Source: Candidatus Eiseniibacteriota bacterium (lineage in GTDB: Bacteria > Eisenbacteria > RBG-16-71-46). Taken from it: a DNA stretch of 64,000 nt. The stretch lies in NCBI GenBank assembly GCA_963707915.1, contig OY970178.1:2272001-2336000 (forward strand), written 5' to 3'. This document shows positions 1 to 8,086 of the stretch, one piece after another. The translations under genes were made by a program, and so were the position numbers. Under the pieces are notes generated by a model. The model was not told the origin of the DNA and searched no databases. It saw nothing but the letters and a program-made list of their open reading frames with translations. Each line of letters begins with the position of its first letter. Positions within the stretch are counted from its first letter, which is position 1.

Positions 1-840
1 GTTCGCGATCGAGACCAGCACCGGGAACATGGTGACGGACTGCTGGACCACGGCCTGCGGCTCGATCTTCAGGACCGTGCCCCGGAACGGCCGGTTGGGG
101 AACGCGTCGACCGTGACCGTGGCGGGCAATCCGGGCTGCACGCTGCCGATGTCGGTCTCGCCCACCAGCGCCTGCATCTGCACCCGGTTCAGGTCGGCCA
201 TCTTCAGCAACAGCGTCCCGCCGCTCGCGGACATCGTGGCCGACGCGATCACCTGTCCCTTGGTGACGTCCTGCTCGACGATGGTGCCGTCGTAGGGCGC
301 CCGCACCGTGGCGTCGTCCAGGGCCTGCTTGGCGTTGGACCGGTTCGAGCGCGCGTTGACCAACTGCGACTGGGCGTTGGCGTACGCCAGGATCGCGCTC
401 TCGTGCTGGTCGGCCGTCATGTATCCCTTCGCGAAGAGCTCGTCCGCCCGGTCCTTCGCCGCCCGGGTCACGGTCACGCTCGCCTGCGCGGCCTGCAGGG
501 CGGCCGACGCCTCGTCGTAGGTGTTCCGGACGTTGAGGGGATCCACCTGCGCCAGCACGTCCCCGGTCTTCACGGCCGAGCCGATCTCGACCGCCATCTT
601 GATGATCTGCCCCGACGCCTTCGAGCGGATCTCGGTGACCTCCACCGGTTCGACGGTCCCGGTGGCCTCGACGGTCTGGGCGATGTCGCGGCGCGCGACG
701 GCTTCGGTCTGCACGGCCGTCACCGCGGAACGGCGGCCGCGAACGGCCCGCACGACGAGGAACACGGCGATCACCGCGAGCAGCAGCGCCGCGATCGCCA
801 CCGGGCGCATGACGAGGGAACGAGACGGGCGTTGGTTCAC
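1..840 (-). CDS. Efflux periplasmic adaptor (MacA/HlyD-like), 3' end runs off the window
   Basis: GTG at 840 behind a GGAGG RBS. Manual translation gives an N-terminal TM segment, then EATGTVEPVEVTEIRSKASGQI, VRAPYDGTIVE and PQAVVQQSVTMFPVLV, all typical of membrane fusion proteins. Lies downstream of TolC. Confidence 0.9.
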   Translation of the reverse strand, partial: MNQRPSRSLVMRPVAIAALLLAVIAVFLVVRAVRGRRSAVTAVQTEAVARRDIAQTVEATGTVEPVEVTEIRSKASGQIIKMAVEIGSAVKTGDVLAQVDPLNVRNTYDEASAALQAAQASVTVTRAAKDRADELFAKGYMTADQHESAILAYANAQSQLVNARSNRSNAKQALDDATVRAPYDGTIVEQDVTKGQVIASATMSASGGTLLLKMADLNRVQMQALVGETDIGSVQPGLPATVTVDAFPNRPFRGTVLKIEPQAVVQQSVTMFPVLVSIAN

Positions 841-894
841 GGCTTCCTCCCAGCGGGCGCCGGGTCACGGCGCGGGACGTGGACGCGGATCATG

Positions 895-2202
895 TCAGAG
901 GTTCCTTCCCACCAGCGCCTCGAGCTGCGCCTTCGCCACGCGCTGGTCGTAGCGCGCCTGGATCAGGGCGTGCCGCGCCTGGTCGAGGGTCGTCTGCGAG
1001 GTCAGCATGTCGAGCAGCGTGGCGAGGCCCATCGAGTACATCTCCTGCTGCTGGCGCAGGTCCTCCTGCGCGGCTTCCACGGTGGCGGCCTGCACGGCGG
1101 ACTGCTGCTCCGCGGTGTGGAACGCGCCCAGCGCCTGCGTGAGGGTCTGGGCCGCAGCCAGCCGCGCGTCGGCCAGGTCCGCCTCGGCGTTCCGCACCGC
1201 GACCTGCGCCTGCGTCACCTGCTGCACGCGCTGGAAGCGCTGGAAGATCGGGAGCGAGAGCGAGAGGCGCAGCGACCCCGAGTACGAGTAGTCCTCGGTC
1301 GAGAGCGTGAAGGCCGCAGCGGTCCCGCTCCCGCCGCGCGAGTAGCTGGCGGTCACGGACGGCAGGTAGCTGGTCCAGGCCCCGCGCAACGCCGCCCGCG
1401 ACGCCTCGAGCGTCGCGGCGGCCTGCTGCACCGCCGGGCCCTCGAGGGCGAGCCGGCGGAGCGTGTCGTCGTCGAGCGCCAGCGCCGGCCGGTCGAGCGA
1501 GTCCTCGGCCGCCGCCGTCACCCGGTGCGGCGCGCCGACCGCCCGCGTGAGCTGCGCGTCCGCCAGCTCGAGCGCCTGGCGGGCCTGCAGCACGGCGAGG
1601 CGCGCGTTGCTCGCCTGGATCTCGGAGCGCAACGAGTCGGAGCGCGTCACGACCCGCAGCTCGAGGCGCCGGATCGAGGTCCGGAGCTGCTGCTCCGCCT
1701 GCTCCAGCTGCGCGCGGGCCGCGGCCTCGGACTCGCGCGCCGCCAGCACGCCGAAGAACTGCTGCTTCACGGCGAGCGTGGTGCCGAAGCGCTGGGTCAC
1801 CAGGTTGGCGGCCGCGCCCACGGCCTGCGCACGGGCCTGGCGCAGCTCGAAGAAGCGCGCGCCGCCGGTGAACAGGTCGACGCTGGCGCCGAGCCCGATG
1901 TTGAGCGACCAGGGGTCGGGCGCGAGCGTGAGCACCTGGCCGTTCTGGACGATGGTCTGGCCCTGGCGCGTCGGCACCTGCCGCGAGGCCCCGGCCGAGA
2001 CGCTCACCGTGGGCAGGAACGCGCCGTACGCCGCGCGCAGCCCGGCGTCGGTGGTGCGCTTCTGGCCCTCCGCCTGGATCACCGCCGGGGCGTTCGACTG
2101 CGCGAGCGCCACCGCCTCCGCAAGCGTGATGGGCCGCGGCGCGGTGTCGGCCGGAGCCGACGACGAGAGCGCGGCCGTCACGAGCCACAGGCCGATCCAC
2201 AT
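895..2202 (-). CDS. TolC-family outer membrane efflux protein
   Basis: Start MWIGLWLV (signal peptide) overlaps the upstream stop. Contains TLAEAVALA, FLPTVS, LSLSLPIF and YSMGLATLLDML motifs of OEP repeats. Confidence 0.9.
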   Translation of the reverse strand: MWIGLWLVTAALSSSAPADTAPRPITLAEAVALAQSNAPAVIQAEGQKRTTDAGLRAAYGAFLPTVSVSAGASRQVPTRQGQTIVQNGQVLTLAPDPWSLNIGLGASVDLFTGGARFFELRQARAQAVGAAANLVTQRFGTTLAVKQQFFGVLAARESEAAARAQLEQAEQQLRTSIRRLELRVVTRSDSLRSEIQASNARLAVLQARQALELADAQLTRAVGAPHRVTAAAEDSLDRPALALDDDTLRRLALEGPAVQQAAATLEASRAALRGAWTSYLPSVTASYSRGGSGTAAAFTLSTEDYSYSGSLRLSLSLPIFQRFQRVQQVTQAQVAVRNAEADLADARLAAAQTLTQALGAFHTAEQQSAVQAATVEAAQEDLRQQQEMYSMGLATLLDMLTSQTTLDQARHALIQARYDQRVAKAQLEALVGRNL

Positions 2203-2995
2203 CACGTTCTCACCCCCTCGGGTTGCGGGCCGCGAGGCCCTTCGGACTTCGGTGCGGAGGCCGGGACGCGCGGGGCCGCGTCGTCCGACTCGACCGCGCC
2301 GTCGCGCAGGACGATGCGCCGCTGCGCGTGGGCGGCCACGTCCGGGTCGTGGGTGACGACCACGACGGTCTGCCCCCCGGCGTGCAGCTCCGCGAGCAGC
2401 GCCAGCACCTCCTCGCCGGTCCGGGTGTCGAGGTTCCCGGTCGGCTCGTCGGCCAGCAGCAGCGCCGGCTCGGTCACCAGGGCACGCGCGATGGCGACCC
2501 GCTGGCGCTGCCCCCCGAGAGCTCGTTCGGGCGGTGGTGCATCCGGTCGGCGAGTTGCACGCGGCGGAGCGCTTCGGTCGCACGCCGGTGGCGCTCCTCG
2601 GCGCGGACGCCGGCGTAGACCAGCGGCAGCTCGACGTTGCGCAGGGCGGTCGCGCGCGCGAGCAGGTTGAAGGTCTGGAACACGAAGCCGATCTCGCGGT
2701 TGCGGATGTGCGCCAGCTCGGTGTCGGTCAGGCCCGAGACGAGCTGGCCATTGAGCCAGTACTCCCCGCGGGTGGGGGACTCCAGGCAGCCGAGGATGTT
2801 CATGAGCGTGGACTTCCCCGAGCCCGACGGCCCCATGATGGCCACGTACTCGTTCCGGGCGATCGCGATGTCCACGGACCGCAGCGCGTGCACCGTCTCG
2901 CTGCCCATGGCGTAGTCGCGACCCAGGCCGTTCACCCGGAGCACCGGCGCGCCCTCCCCGGCCACGGCGCCGCGCGCGAGCGCCACCTCGCTCAC
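2202..2995 (-). CDS. ABC transporter ATP-binding protein (LolD/MacB-like), split by a 1-bp indel at about 2511-2516
   Basis: Walker [20 protein letters not shown] and ELSGG occur in one frame. [22 protein letters not shown] and VVTHD continue in another. The break sits in a G6 run. Confidence 0.9.
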
Positions 2996-3651
2996 TCGGT
3001 CACCCGCGCGTAGACACGCTTGAACTCGCGGGCCGGCATGTCTTCGGAGCCCTCGATCCTCGTGCGGACCACCAGCAGGCTCCCGTCCGCCTCGAGCCGG
3101 ATGCTCTCGGTGACCTTGCCGCCGCGCGGGCCCTGCCGCTGGACCACCAGGGTGTCGCCCTTCCACCCTCCGCTCAGCACCGTCGCGCCGGGCGCGTGCG
3201 CGAGGTCGTCCTTCGCGCCACCCAGCGTGGTGATCTCCTGCAGCACGGTGCCGGTCGAGTCCTCGAAGCTGACGAGCTGGTCGGTGTGCGTGACGTGCAT
3301 CAGGTCGGGCAGCCGCGCGGGACGGCGGGCGGCACCCTCGGGACGCGGGCCCCGCGCACCCTCGCCCCCGGCGCGGCCCACGCCGCCTGGTCCGCCCATG
3401 CCGCGGCGTCCTCCCGGCCCACCGGGCCCGCCCATGCCGCCGGGGCGTCCACCGAGACGCTCGCCGCGCGGCCCGCCGGGCTCCTCGCCCCCGCCCGCAC
3501 CCCCCATCACGTCGCTGCGCTTCGGATCCAGCCGCCACTGCCCGGTCATGTCGGGCACCTGTGCGGCGCCCTGGGCGACGGCGGATGCGCCCGGCCACGC
3601 CACCACCGTGCCCGCGATCAACGCCAGGCCGATCACCGTACGACGGATCAT
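2992..3651 (-). CDS. Secreted hypothetical protein with a Gly/Pro/Arg-rich insert
   Basis: GGAGG RBS, signal peptide [14 protein letters not shown] and [15 protein letters not shown]. Its stop overlaps the ABC ATPase start (GTGA). Confidence 0.75.
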   Translation of the reverse strand: MIRRTVIGLALIAGTVVAWPGASAVAQGAAQVPDMTGQWRLDPKRSDVMGGAGGGEEPGGPRGERLGGRPGGMGGPGGPGGRRGMGGPGGVGRAGGEGARGPRPEGAARRPARLPDLMHVTHTDQLVSFEDSTGTVLQEITTLGGAKDDLAHAPGATVLSGGWKGDTLVVQRQGPRGGKVTESIRLEADGSLLVVRTRIEGSEDMPAREFKRVYARVTE

Positions 3652-3764
3652 CGTGGTCCTCCTCGCTTCGGGTCCTGGCGCGGGCGGCGGGTTCCGCCGA
3701 CGCGCGCGGCCCACCTGCGGTGCCGCCCGGCATCCGCGCTTCTCGTCCCCAACCTACGCGTCCG

Positions 3765-3870
3765 GTGTGGCAGAGATGTGGCGTCGCGCTGGCAAATTCA
3801 GACTCGCGCGAGGCCACCAAGGCCCACACTCGCGCCACATCTCTGCCACACGTCCGGGATACGCTACGAT
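3765..3870. promoter_or_regulatory. Divergent promoter with two inverted copies of a GCCACA-N5-GCCACA tandem box (putative OmpR-family site)
   Basis: GTGTGGCAGAGATGTGGCG (3765-3783) is the exact reverse complement of CGCCACATCTCTGCCACAC (3833-3851). A TACGAT -10-like hexamer is at 3865-3870. Confidence 0.65.
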
Positions 3871-3916
3871 GGTGGAGCGGGGCCGCGGTGGCCCCGCGTT
3901 CGATCCGAGGTCACGG

Positions 3917-4603
3917 ATGGGTCAGCGGATCCTGCTGGTCGAGGACGACGCCCGCATCGCGGACGTCGTCGCCAAGAACCTGGAAGCCGTGGGGTTCGAG
4001 TGCCACCAGTCGCCCGACGGCGGCCGGGCGCTCGCCGACTTCGCGCGCCTCAAGCCCGCCCTGGTGGTGCTGGACCTCGGGCTGCCCGGCCTCGACGGCA
4101 CCGAGGTGCTGCGCCGAATGCGCCGCGAGAGCGACGTGCCGATCCTGATCGTGACCGCGCGCACCAGCGAGAGCGACAAGCTGCTCGGGCTCGAGATCGG
4201 CGCCGACGACTACGTCACCAAGCCGTTCAGCACCGCCGAGTTGGTGGCGCGCGTGCGGGCCCTGCTGCGGCGCTCCAGCGGCACCGTCACCGAGCGCATC
4301 CTCGAGTTCGAGGACCTGCGCATCGATCCGGGCAAGCGCGCCGTCGAGCGCGCCGGGGCGCCGCTGCCGATGACCACCCTCGAGTTCGACCTGCTCTACT
4401 TCCTCGCCTCGCGCCCGGGCCGCGTGTTCAGCCGCGAGGCGCTCATGGAGCACGTCTGGGGCAGCGACCGCCTGGTCGACGACCGCTCGATCGACAGCCT
4501 GGTGAGCCGCGTGCGGCGCAAGCTCGAGACCGACCCCTCGAAGCCGCGCTGGCTGCAGACCGTCTGGGGCGCAGGCTACCGCTTCTCGGAGGCCGCCTCG
4601 TGA
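3917..4603 (+). CDS. OmpR/PhoB-family response regulator
   Basis: ILLVEDD, LDLGLPGLDG, GADDYVTKPF and the winged-helix end LQTVWGAGYRF. Confidence 0.95.
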   Translation: MGQRILLVEDDARIADVVAKNLEAVGFECHQSPDGGRALADFARLKPALVVLDLGLPGLDGTEVLRRMRRESDVPILIVTARTSESDKLLGLEIGADDYVTKPFSTAELVARVRALLRRSSGTVTERILEFEDLRIDPGKRAVERAGAPLPMTTLEFDLLYFLASRPGRVFSREALMEHVWGSDRLVDDRSIDSLVSRVRRKLETDPSKPRWLQTVWGAGYRFSEAAS

Positions 4604-6033
4604 ACCGGCGCGGCCGCAGCCTGTTCTGGACCATCGCCGGCCTGTTCCTGGGTGCGCTGCTGGTCGGCACGCTCGTCCAGGTCCTGCTCGCCGTCGCCGT
4701 GCTGCGCCCGCTCGAGCTGCGCGAGTCGCGCTCGCGCGCCGAGGTGACCGCTTCCTCGCTCGCCGCCGAGATCGCCTCGTCGCCCGGACACTGGAGCGCC
4801 GCCGAGATGCGCGCGCTCATCGAGCGGCACCGCGCGATGCTCGGCCACGGCCCCGGCGTCTTCGGCTACCGCGACGGCGCGGGCTGGCGGATCACCGACC
4901 CGCCGGACCGCGGGCACTTCCTCGACCGCGTGCAGAGCATGGGCCTGCCGAACCGCGAGGGCGGTCCCGCGCCGCGGGAGTTGATCGTGCGCCGCCCGGT
5001 GATGCGCGGAAGCGAGCGGCTGGGCGAGGTCGTGGTGGTGCGGCCGCTGTGGCCGCGTCACGGGCCGTCGGCCTGGGGCTCCTCCACCGCGTTGCTGTTC
5101 GTCCCGATCGCGCTGGTCGTGTCGGTCGTCGTCGGGCTGCTGCTGGTGCGCGTGCTGGTGCGCCGGCTGCGGGCGATCGAGCTGCTCGCGGCGCGCGTCG
5201 CCGAGGGCGACCTCACGGTGCGCATCGGCGACGCCAGCGGGGACGAGATCGGGCGCCTGGCCGAGCGGCTCGACCGCATGACGGAGCGCCTGCTGGACGC
5301 GCGCACCCACGTCGAGGAGACCGAACAGCAGCGCCGGCAGCTCTTCGCCGACATCACGCACGAACTGGCCACGCCGCTGACCTCGATCCGCGGCTACGCC
5401 GAGACCCTGCTCGACCCCGGCGTGTCCGTCTCCGACGAGGAACGCGCCCGCTATCTGCGCGGCGTGCTGGAGGAATCCCGGCGCCTCGACCGCCTGATCC
5501 GCGACCTGTTCGAGCTGGCGCGGCTCGAGGCCGGGGCCTCGCCGCTCGCGCTCGAGCCGATCGACTGGACCGCGCTGTGCCGCAACACCGCCGAACGCTT
5601 CGCGCCGCGCTTCCGCGAGGCGGGCCTGGAGCTGCACTGGCAGGAGCCCGCGGCCGAGGCCTGGATCCACGCCGACGGCCACCGCATGGAGCAGGTGCTC
5701 GAGAACCTGCTGGTCAACACCCTGCGCTACGTGCCGGCGGGTGGGACCGTGGAGGCTTCGATCGCGCGCCCGGCCGGCCGGGCGGACCGCTTCCGCCTGG
5801 TGGTGAGCGACGACGGGCCCGGACTGCCGGACGCCGAGCGGGCGCACGTCTTCGAGCGCTTCTACCGCGCGGCGGGGACGCGCGGCGCCGGCGCCGCGCG
5901 CGACCAGGGCGGCTCGGGGCTGGGGCTCGCGATCGTGCGGGAGATCGTCGAACGGCACGGCGGCACGATCGCCGCCGAGTCGCGCGCGCCGCACGGACTC
6001 ACCATCGTCGTCGAGTTGCCGGCGCGCGCCTGA
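4600..6033 (+). CDS. HAMP-domain sensor histidine kinase
   Basis: Two TM segments, HAMP, H-box ITHELATPLT, and DDGPG/FERFYR/GSGLGL boxes. GTGA overlap with the regulator. Confidence 0.95.
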   Translation: MNRRGRSLFWTIAGLFLGALLVGTLVQVLLAVAVLRPLELRESRSRAEVTASSLAAEIASSPGHWSAAEMRALIERHRAMLGHGPGVFGYRDGAGWRITDPPDRGHFLDRVQSMGLPNREGGPAPRELIVRRPVMRGSERLGEVVVVRPLWPRHGPSAWGSSTALLFVPIALVVSVVVGLLLVRVLVRRLRAIELLAARVAEGDLTVRIGDASGDEIGRLAERLDRMTERLLDARTHVEETEQQRRQLFADITHELATPLTSIRGYAETLLDPGVSVSDEERARYLRGVLEESRRLDRLIRDLFELARLEAGASPLALEPIDWTALCRNTAERFAPRFREAGLELHWQEPAAEAWIHADGHRMEQVLENLLVNTLRYVPAGGTVEASIARPAGRADRFRLVVSDDGPGLPDAERAHVFERFYRAAGTRGAGAARDQGGSGLGLAIVREIVERHGGTIAAESRAPHGLTIVVELPARA

Positions 6034-6213
6034 GGCGCACCGGCGCACGAGCACCGCCGTCCATCCCACCGCGGCGCCGAACCGCGTCCCGATCGGCGTA
6101 CGGCCGGCGACCGCGGTGCCCACCGGCCCGCCGCGCCGCTCGCGGATCGTGCAGGATGCAACGCGTCTCCGCCCGCCGACCCGCGCGACCACGGGGCGCG
6201 GAGAGATTGACCC

Positions 6214-6242
6214 TTGACGGCCGGAGGCTCCGGGACCATCAT
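6214..6242 (+). promoter_or_regulatory. Putative sigma70 promoter of ncRNA copy 1
   Basis: TTGACG-17 bp-CATCAT, positioned identically to the promoter of copy 2. Confidence 0.6.
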
Positions 6243-6246
6243 TGTG

Positions 6247-6432
6247 GGTGACGCCACGACGAAACGAGGTCGCGGCGTGAACCCACCCCACGAATAGAGT
6301 GGGGTCAGGCCGGCACCGGACTCCTTTGCGGGTCCCACGGCCAATACTGCGAACGACGCCGGTTGAGCGCCACCCCGGGACACGGGTCGAACCGAGAGTC
6401 CCCGAGCGACGAGCGATCGGCGTCGGGTATTT
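6247..6432 (+). ncRNA. Candidate structured ncRNA, copy 1 (family not recognised)
   Basis: Intergenic between convergent genes and homologous to 13026-13210. Has four conserved stem-loop domains, G-U pairs valid only on the + strand, and a compensatory base change. Confidence 0.7.
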
Positions 6433-6539
6433 CGGAGCGGGCCGCCCGCGCGGCCGCCGCGGACGCACGCGGCGCGCAGGCGCCGGGCGCCCGCCCCGGG
6501 ACCGGGCGGAGGTGGGGTGCGCGGAGGCGGCCGGCGGAG

Positions 6540-7691
6540 CTACCCGGCGTCCACCGTCCCGGTCACCCGCGGGTTCTCCGCCACCCCCGGGCCGAAGAAG
6601 CGCTTCTCGAGGTCGGCCCACGTCCATTCCGGCTCGCCCGAGGCCGCCAGTTCGTCGCGCAGGCGCGCGATCTCGTCCTGGTACCAGGCCACGACGGGCC
6701 TGCCGATCCGCAGGCCCTCGAGTTCCGCGGCGAGGTCCGCCGGCCGCAGCAGGCACGCCCAGCCGCGGTCGTAGGGGCTCTCGATGACCAGCCGCGGCGC
6801 GTGCTTCAGCTCCTCGTTCACCTGCGTGACCTCGCCGCCCAGCGGCGCCGGGATGCGGACCCGCTCGTCGCCCCGGACGCACGGTGAACAGCGTCCCGCC
6901 GCGCTTCACGCGTGGGTCCCCGGCGCCGGCAGTTCGACGCGGTCGACGGACTTCAGCGCCTTGCGCGCGAAGTCGTCGAGCCCGGTCCACACCTGGCCGG
7001 CCGGATCGATGCGCGCCCAGGCGTGTCCGGGCGAGACGAACGCGCCGCCCGGCACGCAGTACTCACCCGCCGCCACGCTCTCGGCCCGCGCCGGCGCGAC
7101 CACGCGCACCGTCGGTCGCAGCTGGGCCTCGAGCCGCGCCTCGCGCTTGATGAGGAGGCGCGTCGCCAGCGCGACCAACTCCTCCTCGGTGAAGGGCTTC
7201 TGCGCGTAGTCCACGGCGCCGAACTGCATGGTCTCGACCGCGGTCTCGATGGTGCCGTAGCCGGTGATCACGACGACGTCGAGATCGGGGCGCAGGTGGC
7301 GGGCCGCCTTGACCACCTCCACGCCGTCCATCACGGGCATCTTGAGGTCGGTGAACAGGAAGTCGTACGGATGGGCGCGCAGCAGCGTGAGCGCCTCGGG
7401 ACCGCTCTCCACGGTGTCCACGCTGAAGCCGGCGAGCACCAGGATCTTCCGGAAGCTGTCGAGGATGACGGGCTCGTCGTCCACCGCCAGGATGCGCGCA
7501 CGCGCTCCCGGCACCTCCGCGCGCTTCAGGCTCTTCGCCTCGTCGGCGAACGACAGCTGGAGCGCGCTCGTCAGGACGGCCTCGCGCTCGCGTTGCTCGC
7601 GCGCCGTGGCCATGCGCCGGGTGGCCGTGCGCACGATCAGGTCGGCGATGACGAAGAAGACGACCAGCAGGACCATCAGCAGAGCAGTCAT
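6540..7691 (-). CDS. Membrane-anchored receiver domain fused to a GcvH-like domain, with two indels near 6878-6910
   Basis: N-terminal TM, then REC (ILAVDDE, FTDLKMP, QKPF), then GcvH-like HAWARI..TGLDDFA..VELP, APLGGEVTQVNEEL and SPYDRGW. Confidence 0.85.
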
Positions 7692-8086
7692 GGCTTCCGT
7701 TCCTCGCGGGCATCCGCGGCCGGGGAAAGCACGCGTCGCACCAGGGTCAACAGCTCCGAATCATCGAAAGGCTTGGGCAGGAACGCCGCGGCGCCCGCGG
7801 TGAGGACGAGTTCCTCCTGCTCGGGCGTGGCGTACCCGGTGGTCATCACGATGGGCAGCTCCGGGCGGCGCGCGCGGATGGTCCGCAACGCGTCGAACCC
7901 GGAGAGCCCGGGGAGCATCAGGTCGCAGATCACGAGACGGCAGCCGGCCAGGGCCGGGTGCGTGAGCGCGGTCTCCGCGTCGGGGACCGCGGTGACCGCG
8001 AACCCCGCGTGCCCGAGGACCAGCCGGATCGCGTCCGACACGACCGGCTCGTCGTCCACGACGAGGATATCGCAGCGGTCCGTCAT
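7688..8086 (-). CDS. Single-domain response regulator (CheY-like)
   Basis: ILVVDDE, CDLMLPGLSG, TTGY and FLPKPF. Confidence 0.9.
   Translation of the reverse strand: MTDRCDILVVDDEPVVSDAIRLVLGHAGFAVTAVPDAETALTHPALAGCRLVICDLMLPGLSGFDALRTIRARRPELPIVMTTGYATPEQEELVLTAGAAAFLPKPFDDSELLTLVRRVLSPAADAREERKP

Noticed and set aside
2505..2520. Programmed frameshift in the ABC ATPase
   Set aside because: The break is in a plain G homopolymer within the LSGGQ signature, and similar indels are scattered nearby, so error is more likely.
6308..6353. HDV-like ribozyme suggested by GGCCGGCA and CTGCGAA within the candidate RNA
   Set aside because: I could not build the nested double pseudoknot (P1, P2, P3, P1.1). 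The segment folds as a simple interrupted hairpin.
6299..6887. Short ORFs overlapping the two conserved elements as a duplicated peptide gene
   Set aside because: Start and stop positions are not shared between copies, and the substitutions follow stem-loop structure rather than codon positions.
6876..6910. In-frame TGA at 6906-6908 as selenocysteine readthrough in the REC-GcvH gene
   Set aside because: The flanking ORFs share a frame, but the GcvH-like text VKRGGTLFTV lies in a different frame between them. Two compensating indels explain it better.
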